Of a DNA stretch of 64,000 nt, positions 56,281-64,000 are shown piece after piece. The notes below the pieces were generated by a model, which had not been told where the DNA came from, did no database searches, and worked only from the letters and a program-made list of their open reading frames with translations. The position numbers were made by a program, and so were the translations under genes. Source of the stretch: Candidatus Latescibacterota bacterium. Its GTDB lineage: Bacteria; Latescibacterota; UBA2968; UBA8231. The stretch lies in assembly GCA_965203355.1 (NCBI GenBank), contig OZ241889.1:480001-544000 (forward strand). The letters run 5' to 3'. How positions within the stretch are numbered: position 1 is the stretch's first letter; each line of letters opens with the position of its first letter.

Positions 56281-59200
56281 TCACTTGACGAATCTGCTCG
56301 ACCTTCTTGTCGAGCCGTTTGGGGGAGATCGGATGGGCGGTGCCCAGTTCTTGGGCGAAAACCGAGACCCGATATTCCTCCAGCATCCAGCGCAATTCCT
56401 CGGTTTGGGCCTCCCGCTCGGGCGAACGGGTCTCCCCGGCGAGCTTTTCCAACTGGCTTTGGTACATCTCGACCAACGCGGCCTTCTGCGCGTCCTTGCG
56501 CGGGTCGGTCGCGGCGCGTTCGGCGCGCACTCCCACGGCTTTTAGGTAGCGGATTAAGTGACTGAGACGATGGAAAGGGACGCGGGAAAGGAAGTCGTCT
56601 GGCAGCAGTCGCTCCAAGTCCGCGTCCATCCCGCGATAGGACCGGCCTGAGAGGAAAACTTCGCGGCGGGCTTCGAGCAGGCTATCGACCAAGGAAATGA
56701 AGCGCGGAGCCAAGCCGCGCAGCCGCTGTTTGGCCTGCACCAGCACAGCGGCGAAATCCTCTTGACGCAGGGGTAGGATTTGCTCGCGGTGGAAAAGATA
56801 GCGCTCGAGATGTTCAAACGCTTGGGTGCGCAGTTCGAGGCAACTCCCCTCGTAGCGCACCTTGAACCGCGCCAATTCCCGAAGCTCGCGCCGGAGCCAC
56901 GCTAGCTCGTCGCGCAACGCCAAGGCGCAGAGGCCCAAGAACCCCGCCCGCGAGCACGCTTCGGCTTCGGCGCGGCTTTTGTAGAGCCGCAGCGACACAC
57001 AGCCTTCGTCGCGGCGGAGGCCGGGCCAGCCATAGAGCGGCACCCCGCCCGCTTGGGTCACCTCTATTCGCTCGGGCAAGTCGCCGAAATCCCACGTAGT
57101 TATCCCTGCTCGTTCCCACTGTCGGGTGGCCTTTTTCCACGCGTCGAGTTCGACCGGGGTGTCGTGCTGTTCGAGGCGTTGGGTCAGTTGCTGCAAATCG
57201 CGGCCGGCCGCGATGGATCGATCGCTGGTGCCTTGGATATCGACGCGCATTTTGAGGTGGTCGGGCACGTCGGCGGCGTTCCAGTCCGATGTCTCGATCT
57301 GAATCCGATAGTGTTGGCGGATGTACGCTTGCAGCGACTCCAAAAAGGTGGGATGCGTCGGCTTGAGCGCGGCCGCGATGCGCTGGGCTTTTGCGGGGAT
57401 CGGCACTAGTTGCTTGCGGATGGACTTAGGTAGCGCGCGCAGCAGAACGGTAATTTTTTCTTCGAGCAGGCCCGGCACTAACCATTCGAGTATTTCTGGA
57501 TCGACGGCGTGGGCTAGCTTGTAGGGCAATCTGACGGTGATGCCGTCCTCGTCTTGTCCCGGGCGATAGGCGTAGCTGATGGCTAGTTTATTGCCGTCGA
57601 GATCGAGGGCGTCTGGAAAGGCCTGCTGGTCGAATTCAGCGCGGGCGGTGCCGAGCAAGTCTTCCTCCTGCATCATCAGGAAGGCGTCGGCTTTGTCTTT
57701 GAGGAACCGATTGAGATCGGGCAGCGAGGAAACATCGTCGAGGTATCGGGAGTAAAAGCGGGCTGCGGCCTCTTCGACGTGGACATCGGCCAAGCCGCGG
57801 GCGCGGGTCTGCCAAGTTTCGATCTTTTGACACAGACGCATGTTGTGCGCGAGAAACTTGTGCGGAGTATGCACCGTCCCGGGCACCAGGGCCTCGCGGA
57901 TGAATATCTCGGTGGCCTCGCGGGCGTTGATGCGGCTGTACGGGACGCGGCGGCTGAGCACTTCGAGGCCGTAGAGGATCTGCTTTTCCCGCACTAGTAC
58001 TCGCCCTGAGCGCGCATTGAAATAGGGCTGATCGTACGAAGCGCGGCACAGGTGCCTGCCTAGTTCCGCTAGCCATTCGGGCTGGATGCGGGCGACGGTG
58101 CGGGCGAACAGACGCGAGGTCTCGACGATCTCGGCCGCGACCAACCAGCCGGGAGGCCCGCCTGCGCCCGACTGCTTGCCCTTGTTGGAGCGGAACAGTC
58201 CTGAACCGGGAAAAATCACGACCTCGCGGTTGCGCACAGCCTGATAGACATTGACCTCCTCTTGGCGCGCCACACTCGAAAGCAGGCCGGTGAGTACGGC
58301 GCGGTGGATCGCGTCGTACCCGGCCGGTTCGCGGTTGAAGCGGAAGCCTTGTATCTCGTTCAATGTCTCGCGGATCTGCGCGTGGATGTCGCGCCATTCG
58401 CGCATCCGCACGTAGGAGAGGTAGTGCGCCTTACAGAATTTGCGGAGTTGGTTCTGCGAGGCACTTTCCACTTTGTCGTGGTAAGCGTTCCAGATGTTGA
58501 GATAGGCGAGGAAATCGGAATTTTTGTCGTGGAACTGGCGGTGCATCTGGTCGGCCGCATCCTGCTCTTCTAGGGGCCGCTCGCGCGGATCTTGAATGCT
58601 AATGGCCGCGGCGATGACCAGCACTTCGGACAGGGCGTGCTCCTCGCGGGCCTGGAGCAACATCCGCGAAACCGTGGGGTCAATGGGCAGGCGCGCCATG
58701 GCGCGGCCAATGGGAGTGAGGGCGCGGTTTTCGTCGAGGGCGTTGAGCTCGTGCAGGAGTTGGAAACCGCCGACAATGGCGGCTTTTGCCGGGGGGTCAA
58801 TAAAGGGGAACGCCGCAATGTCCCCTAGCTTGAGATTGATCATCCGCAGGATGACCTCGGCGAGATTGGCGCGCTGGATCTCGGGCTGGGTGTATTCGGG
58901 GCGCGAGAGAAAGTCCTGCTCCGAGTAGAGGCGGATGCACACCCCGTCGGCAACCCGCCCGCAGCGCCCCGCCCGTTGGCGGGCACTGCTCTGCGAAATC
59001 GGTTCGATGGGCAGGCGCTGGGTGTGGGTGCGGGGGTTGTAGCGCGACAGGCGCGCCAAGCCCGTATCTACGACGTAGCGGATGCGGGGAATGGTCAGCG
59101 AAGTCTCGGCGATATTGGTGGCTAACACTACGCGGCGGCGGTCCCCTAGAGCGAATACGCGCTGCTGTTCCCCAGCGGTCAGGCGACCAAACAGCGACAA

Positions 59201-60154
59201 AATCTCAACGCCGCGCAACTTGCGCCCTTCGAGCCGATCGCGGGTTTCGCGGATATCGCGCTCGGACGGCAGAAAGACCAAGAGGTCGCCCTCCCGCGAC
59301 GTGCGTAAAATTTCGTCCACCGCACTAGTGGCCGCATCCAAATACGTGTAGTCGCCGCGATCCTGCAGGATCTCGTCGAGCGGCCAGTAGCGCACCTCGA
59401 CCGGGAACATCCGACCCGAGACCTCGATGACCGGGGCGTCGTCAAAGGCCCTAGCGAAGGTTTCGGTGTCGATGGTGGCCGAGGTGACGACGATCTTAAG
59501 ATCGGGCCGCTTGCGCCGCAGCAGCCGCAAATAGCCGAGCAAAAAGTCGATGTTGAGGCTGCGCTCGTGAGCCTCATCGACGATAATGGTGTCGTATTCA
59601 AGCAGATCCGGATCGGTTTGGGTTTCGGCCAGCAACATGCCGTCGGTCATTACCTTGATACAAGTCTCGGGCGCGGTCTGGTCGCGGAAGCGGATCTTGC
59701 AGCCAACATCGCGGCCATAGGTCACCTTGAGTTCTTCGGCCACGCGCTGAGCAATGGATAGCGCGGCGACGCGGCGCGGCTGCGTGACGGCAATGCGAGC
59801 GGCCTCGCCCCGGCCGGCCTCTAGGCAAATTTTGGGCAGTTGCGTACTCTTGCCCGAGCCGGTCTCGCCAGCGACTACGACCACGGGATGCGCCTTGATC
59901 GCCGCGAGAATTTCGTCTTTGCGGTCGCAGATAGGCAGAGCGGCTGGGTAGGTTGGGGCTGGGCGATTGGTGCGCCGCCGTTCGCGCAGACGAGCCGAAT
60001 TGCGCGCTTGACCTAAGAGGCGCTCGACCTCTGCGGGGTTGAGGCGGCGGCGATTCAGCCGCCCTTCAATGCGCATCCGATCCTCGAGCATGCACTGAGG
60101 CAGAAGGGATTTAAGCGCAGCGATCGGGTGGGGTTTGGTAGGCGATTGGTTCAA
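56276..60154 (-). CDS. hrpA: ATP-dependent RNA helicase HrpA
   Basis: GETGSGKSTQLP, TQPRR, DEAHERS, SAT, TNIAETSLT, QRAGRCGR, C-terminal EEYRVSVFAQELGT...S.KRL. Confidence 0.95.
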   Translation of the reverse strand: MNQSPTKPHPIAALKSLLPQCMLEDRMRIEGRLNRRRLNPAEVERLLGQARNSARLRERRRTNRPAPTYPAALPICDRKDEILAAIKAHPVVVVAGETGSGKSTQLPKICLEAGRGEAARIAVTQPRRVAALSIAQRVAEELKVTYGRDVGCKIRFRDQTAPETCIKVMTDGMLLAETQTDPDLLEYDTIIVDEAHERSLNIDFLLGYLRLLRRKRPDLKIVVTSATIDTETFARAFDDAPVIEVSGRMFPVEVRYWPLDEILQDRGDYTYLDAATSAVDEILRTSREGDLLVFLPSERDIRETRDRLEGRKLRGVEILSLFGRLTAGEQQRVFALGDRRRVVLATNIAETSLTIPRIRYVVDTGLARLSRYNPRTHTQRLPIEPISQSSARQRAGRCGRVADGVCIRLYSEQDFLSRPEYTQPEIQRANLAEVILRMINLKLGDIAAFPFIDPPAKAAIVGGFQLLHELNALDENRALTPIGRAMARLPIDPTVSRMLLQAREEHALSEVLVIAAAISIQDPRERPLEEQDAADQMHRQFHDKNSDFLAYLNIWNAYHDKVESASQNQLRKFCKAHYLSYVRMREWRDIHAQIRETLNEIQGFRFNREPAGYDAIHRAVLTGLLSSVARQEEVNVYQAVRNREVVIFPGSGLFRSNKGKQSGAGGPPGWLVAAEIVETSRLFARTVARIQPEWLAELGRHLCRASYDQPYFNARSGRVLVREKQILYGLEVLSRRVPYSRINAREATEIFIREALVPGTVHTPHKFLAHNMRLCQKIETWQTRARGLADVHVEEAAARFYSRYLDDVSSLPDLNRFLKDKADAFLMMQEEDLLGTARAEFDQQAFPDALDLDGNKLAISYAYRPGQDEDGITVRLPYKLAHAVDPEILEWLVPGLLEEKITVLLRALPKSIRKQLVPIPAKAQRIAAALKPTHPTFLESLQAYIRQHYRIQIETSDWNAADVPDHLKMRVDIQGTSDRSIAAGRDLQQLTQRLEQHDTPVELDAWKKATRQWERAGITTWDFGDLPERIEVTQAGGVPLYGWPGLRRDEGCVSLRLYKSRAEAEACSRAGFLGLCALALRDELAWLRRELRELARFKVRYEGSCLELRTQAFEHLERYLFHREQILPLRQEDFAAVLVQAKQRLRGLAPRFISLVDSLLEARREVFLSGRSYRGMDADLERLLPDDFLSRVPFHRLSHLIRYLKAVGVRAERAATDPRKDAQKAALVEMYQSQLEKLAGETRSPEREAQTEELRWMLEEYRVSVFAQELGTAHPISPKRLDKKVEQIRQVK

Positions 60155-60287
60155 TATTTACAATAGGTTACGGCATTTGTTCCGGCGAAAAAGTACGGTG
60201 GCAAATGCGAAGACGCGGAACAGACCGCGCTGTCGGGATTATGCGCGGGCCTATTTACTGCTGGGCTAGCTTGCGCTGGCACCGTCC

Positions 60288-61556
60288 TCAGGCGTCCGTG
60301 CACCAGAGGCGCGGTACGGGGCTGGTGGCTTGGCGGTCGGGCAGGTGCCAGTAGGGTTCTTCGGGCGGGATTTCCTGCAAGTGCGGGCAGGTCAGGCCGT
60401 GGCGGTCCCACACCACCTCACCAGCGCGCAAGGTCAGGGCGCATTCGAGGCGATGCCGGGCTTCGATGCAGGCCCAGCCGCAGTCGCGAAAGTAGAAGTT
60501 GCCCTCGAGGACGCCCAGCACGGCGACATCGGCCTCAGAGCCGGGCGTCAACGTTCCTAACTCGGGCCGACGGATGGCGCGGGCCGGGGTGACGGTAGAG
60601 CGGTAAATTACTTCCTGTAAGGGCATGTCCATGGCCAAGCACTTGGACATGGTATCGAGCATGGAGTGGACGTGGCCGTTGATATTGCCCATGTGCAAAT
60701 CCGTGCTGATCGAGTCGGGCGGGAAGCCATCGGCAACGGCCGGCATAGCGGCGCGATACCAGAAGCTAGCTGCTCCGTGCCCCAGGTCGAAGTGAATGCG
60801 CTTCTCGCGCGCCTCGTGCATGTAGTCGTACACCTCGCCGCTCGCATCGACGACCGGGAACTGGCGGGCAAAAACGTGAGTGTGGATGTCGCCTGGGCGC
60901 AGGTGCTTGAGGAGGAGATCAGGGTAGGAGCGCTCGGGCGGGCGCGGCCAAAAGTCGACCATTACCGGCATTTTGCAGCGCTCACCGGCCTCGACCGCCG
61001 CGTCAACCGAGGCCCAAGGCGGATGCTCATCGTCAAAGGGCTTGGTGGTCCAATAGTGAGCGGTCTTGATGCCGACGCATACCTCGTCGTGGGCCGCAGC
61101 CATCTCGGCCGCGCGCTGAGGATCGAGATGGGCGACGACCTGTTCGGGCGGGCCCATGCCCGGGGCGGCAATGTTGACGTAGGCGAACATGCGGATTTTG
61201 GCGTGGTCGATCACCGTTGTGCGGAAGTGCTCGAACTCCTCGGCACCGGCCGTACCCGTATCGACGCAAGTGGTTACGCCCTCTTTGAGGAAGTGGGCAT
61301 CGGCGTGGAGACTGCCCACCAACCCGCCCGATTGACGGGCGCGGGTGTGGTATGTATGAACGTGGATGTCGAGTAGGCCCGGCACGACGACGAGGTTGCC
61401 TACGTCAATGACGCGCTCGGCGTCCGCCGGGGGAATATCCTCTTCGACGCGGGCGATGCGGCCATCGAGAACGCCGACATCGGCGACGCCGTCGATACCG
61501 TTGGCCGGGTCAATTACGTGGCCGCCTTTGAGCAGTATTTCGAGCTTGCGGGGCAT
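60288..61556 (-). CDS. Amidohydrolase/deacetylase family metallohydrolase (dihydroorotase-like)
   Basis: GGHVIDPA, PGLLDIHVH, GVTT.VDTGTAG, FDLGHG..SF, DSISTDLH, ADVAVL. Confidence 0.88.
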   Translation of the reverse strand: MPRKLEILLKGGHVIDPANGIDGVADVGVLDGRIARVEEDIPPADAERVIDVGNLVVVPGLLDIHVHTYHTRARQSGGLVGSLHADAHFLKEGVTTCVDTGTAGAEEFEHFRTTVIDHAKIRMFAYVNIAAPGMGPPEQVVAHLDPQRAAEMAAAHDEVCVGIKTAHYWTTKPFDDEHPPWASVDAAVEAGERCKMPVMVDFWPRPPERSYPDLLLKHLRPGDIHTHVFARQFPVVDASGEVYDYMHEAREKRIHFDLGHGAASFWYRAAMPAVADGFPPDSISTDLHMGNINGHVHSMLDTMSKCLAMDMPLQEVIYRSTVTPARAIRRPELGTLTPGSEADVAVLGVLEGNFYFRDCGWACIEARHRLECALTLRAGEVVWDRHGLTCPHLQEIPPEEPYWHLPDRQATSPVPRLWCTDA

Positions 61557-61628
61557 GTTTTTTCGTTTCGGATATTGGAGCAAAAAGCTAAAAATAGGCT
61601 GGGGCAAAAAGACGGTCAAATGAGCTTG

Positions 61629-61658
61629 TTGACAATGGCCAGACACTTAGAGTACAAT
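61629..61658 (+). promoter_or_regulatory. sigma70-type promoter for the nfeD-floA operon
   Basis: TTGACA-18 bp-TACAAT about 33 bp before the ATG at 61691. Confidence 0.6.
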
Positions 61659-61690
61659 TATCAAACTATATCGTATATTCATTAGAATAA

Positions 61691-63019
61691 ATGCAAAAAA
61701 TGCGAAGCCTTATCTACACACTCTTACTTCTGTCGGCCAGCAGTGCCCACGCTCAGACCGTCTATCGCGTCCACCTCAAGCTAGAGGGCATGATCGACCC
61801 CGGCGTGGCGGCCTTTGTCGAGCGCGTGATCGCCGATGCCGACGAGGCCGCAGCCGACGCGATCGTCTTTGAGATCGACACCTTTGGCGGGCGCGTCGAT
61901 GCGGCCACCGTGATCCGCGACGCCATTCTCGACGCTGAAACCCTGACCATCGCCTTTATCAATAAGCGGGCCATTTCGGCTGGAGCGCTCATCTCGCTGG
62001 CCTGCGACAAAATCGTCATGACGCAAGCATCGACCATGGGTGCAACCACCCCGGTCGATGCCACGGGCACCAAAGCTAGCGACAAAATAACTTCTTATAT
62101 GCGCGCCGAAATGCGGGCTACGGCCGAGCGCACCGGCCGCGACGTCAAGATCGCCGAGGCCATGGTCGACGAGCGCGTTGATGTGCCGGGCCTGAGTGCC
62201 GAAGCCGGCCGGCCAGCCACCCTGACCACCGAGCAGGCCCTCAACTACCAGATGGCCGACGAGACGGCCGAGACGCTAGTCGAGCTGTTGCGCATCTACG
62301 ATTTAGACGAGGCCGAAGTCGTCGAGGTTGAACTCAACTGGACCGAGCACGTCTTGCGCCTGTTGACCCACCCGGTCGTCACTTCGATTTTGCTAGCCAT
62401 GGCCATGTTCGGCTTGATCGCCGAGGTGCGTACGCCCGGTTGGGGCTTGGGCGGCACGTTAGCGCTAGTGGCGCTGGGGCTTTTCTTCGGCAGCCACTTG
62501 ATCGTCCACTTGGCCGAATGGCAGGAGCTGGCACTCTTTGCGGTGGGCGCGACGCTTTTGGTCGTCGAGCTAGTGGCTATTCCGGGCTTTGGCATTTTGG
62601 GTGCGTTGGGTATCGGAGCGATGCTTGCGAGCGTAGTGATCACCCAGTTGGGCGATTTTCAACTGTGGAATTTCGAGGAAATCGTCTCGGTGATCGGGCG
62701 GCTCGCCGGCTCGATGATCGGCGCGTTTGTACTCTCGCTCCTCGCGCTGCGCTCCTTGCCCAAGTTCGCCGCCTTTAATCGCCTAGTACTCCACAACGAA
62801 ATCAGGGCCATCGATGGGTACACTTCCTCCTCGCGCACGACCGACGACGAGTTGTTGGGCAAGGAGGGGGTTACGGTCAGCTACCTGCGGCCTTCGGGTA
62901 TAGCCCTGTTGGGGGGCAAGCGGCTCACCGTGATCGCCGAGGGCGAATTCATCGAGGCGCAGCGGCCCATTAAAGTCGTCGAAGCCCGTGGCAGCCGAGT
63001 GGTGGTGAAGGCGCTATGA
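61691..63019 (+). CDS. nfeD: Long NfeD (YqeZ-like) membrane-bound ClpP-class serine protease
   Basis: IDTFGGRVDAA, AISAGALI, GR...IAEAMVD, EVRTPGWG, C-terminal LRPSG OB-fold. Confidence 0.9.
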   Translation: MQKMRSLIYTLLLLSASSAHAQTVYRVHLKLEGMIDPGVAAFVERVIADADEAAADAIVFEIDTFGGRVDAATVIRDAILDAETLTIAFINKRAISAGALISLACDKIVMTQASTMGATTPVDATGTKASDKITSYMRAEMRATAERTGRDVKIAEAMVDERVDVPGLSAEAGRPATLTTEQALNYQMADETAETLVELLRIYDLDEAEVVEVELNWTEHVLRLLTHPVVTSILLAMAMFGLIAEVRTPGWGLGGTLALVALGLFFGSHLIVHLAEWQELALFAVGATLLVVELVAIPGFGILGALGIGAMLASVVITQLGDFQLWNFEEIVSVIGRLAGSMIGAFVLSLLALRSLPKFAAFNRLVLHNEIRAIDGYTSSSRTTDDELLGKEGVTVSYLRPSGIALLGGKRLTVIAEGEFIEAQRPIKVVEARGSRVVVKAL

Positions 63020-63525
63020 GCTTTCTGGGCGGGGAAGTGTTGGAATGGGTTTATTCGCTGGCCTTGCTAGTGCTTGGCTTTGGGCTGGTGCTCTTGGAAG
63101 TTTTCGTCATCCCAGGCATCAACATCTTCGGCATCGTTGGTTTTCTGACCGCGGTCGCCGGCATTGGCTATGCCTATGTGAACATGGGCGGCTTGGCGGC
63201 TGGTGTCGTGGCGGGCTTTGGGCTGGCGGGTACCGCCATCCTAGTGCGTCTGATGCTCAAGGTCCGCGCTTGGAACCGCTTGGTGCTCAACGACGGCATG
63301 ACGCGCAAGGAAGGCTACGATTCGGTCAAGCCGGGCCGCGAGTCATTGCTCGGGCAGACGGGCGAGGCGGTTACGACGCTGCGGCCGGCGGGGCGGGCGC
63401 AATTTGGCGAACGGGTAGTCGACGTAGTCAGCGAAGGTGGCTATATTGAACGCGGTATGCAGGTTGAGGTACTGAAAGTGGCTGGCAACAGAGTCGTGGT
63501 CCAGTCCGTCCAGTCCGCGTCTTAA
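63016..63525 (+). CDS. Short NfeD-family protein
   Basis: LEVFVIPG..IFG TM hairpin; G.TGEAVTTLRPAG...DVVSEG.YI. Confidence 0.87.
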   Translation: MSFLGGEVLEWVYSLALLVLGFGLVLLEVFVIPGINIFGIVGFLTAVAGIGYAYVNMGGLAAGVVAGFGLAGTAILVRLMLKVRAWNRLVLNDGMTRKEGYDSVKPGRESLLGQTGEAVTTLRPAGRAQFGERVVDVVSEGGYIERGMQVEVLKVAGNRVVVQSVQSAS

Positions 63526-63551
63526 CTCACTCCCTTCAAGGAGCTACATAA

Positions 63552-64000
63552 ATGGATGTCCTGTTTTTGGTCTTGGTGCTTTTTGGCATCATCGTCTTTT
63601 TATCGCTCTTCACCTATTTCATTCCGGTGGGGCTGTGGATTTCGGCCTACTTCGCCGGAGTCAAGGTGGGGATCTTCAAGGACTTGGTAGGTATGCGCCT
63701 GCGCAAGGTCCCGCCGAGCCAGATCGTCGGCCCCAAGATCAGCGCCACTAAAGCGGGGCTGGATGTGGGCTTGGAGAGCATGGAAGCTCACTACTTGGCC
63801 GGTGGCAACGTCAACGCGGTGATTTTGGCCCTGATTTCGGCCGACAAGGCCAACATCGACTTGAGCTTTGAGCGGGCCGCCAGCATCGACTTGGCGGGTC
63901 GCGACGTGCTCGACGCGGTCAAAGTCAGCGTCAATCCCAAGGTGATCAACACGCCCCTGATTGCGGCGATTGCCAAAGACGGCATTCAGGTCAAGGCCAC
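63552..64000 (+). CDS. floA: Flotillin-like protein FloA (YqfA), runs off window
   Basis: Manual translation: [10 protein letters not shown]...GMRLRKVPP...[11 protein letters not shown]...[33 protein letters not shown]. Confidence 0.92.
   Translation, partial: MDVLFLVLVLFGIIVFLSLFTYFIPVGLWISAYFAGVKVGIFKDLVGMRLRKVPPSQIVGPKISATKAGLDVGLESMEAHYLAGGNVNAVILALISADKANIDLSFERAASIDLAGRDVLDAVKVSVNPKVINTPLIAAIAKDGIQVKA

Overview
GC-rich bacterial chromosomal segment. FlgD-Ig/T9SS-like C-terminal domains and many PhyH, Gfo/Idh/MocA and enolase-superfamily genes suggest an FCB-group organism such as Ca. Latescibacterota/Gemmatimonadota, possibly a sponge symbiont (inference only). Housekeeping genes: queG (partial), rseP (frameshifted), cdsA, uppS, 5-formyl-THF cyclo-ligase, dusB, ino1, pnuC, pheA, an inositol monophosphatase, pgl, hrpA and an nfeD-nfeD-floA operon. 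Many sugar-acid and small-molecule catabolic genes are also present. The most striking structure is a ~120-130 bp MITE-like repeat with IS1-like ends, present three times. Two copies bracket a complete transcription unit for a 1434-aa Calx-beta/Ig surface protein (promoter, ~550-nt leader with a poly-G/C tract, gene, terminator). The whole 5.2 kb unit is flanked by an 8-bp direct repeat (AAGCAATC) and sits between two back-to-back promoters, so it looks like a non-autonomous composite transposon. The third copy has its own target duplication beside an AT-rich orphan restriction endonuclease. Other accessory blocks: a five-gene MpaB/Lcp oxygenase + flavin oxidoreductase + MMPL + LolA-like + outer-membrane barrel operon, a tandem pair of large secreted proteins of unknown function, a low-GC ABC exporter islet, and several decayed gene remnants. 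No rRNA, tRNA, CRISPR array or transposase was recognised. All calls come from motif recognition by eye; no database searches were run.
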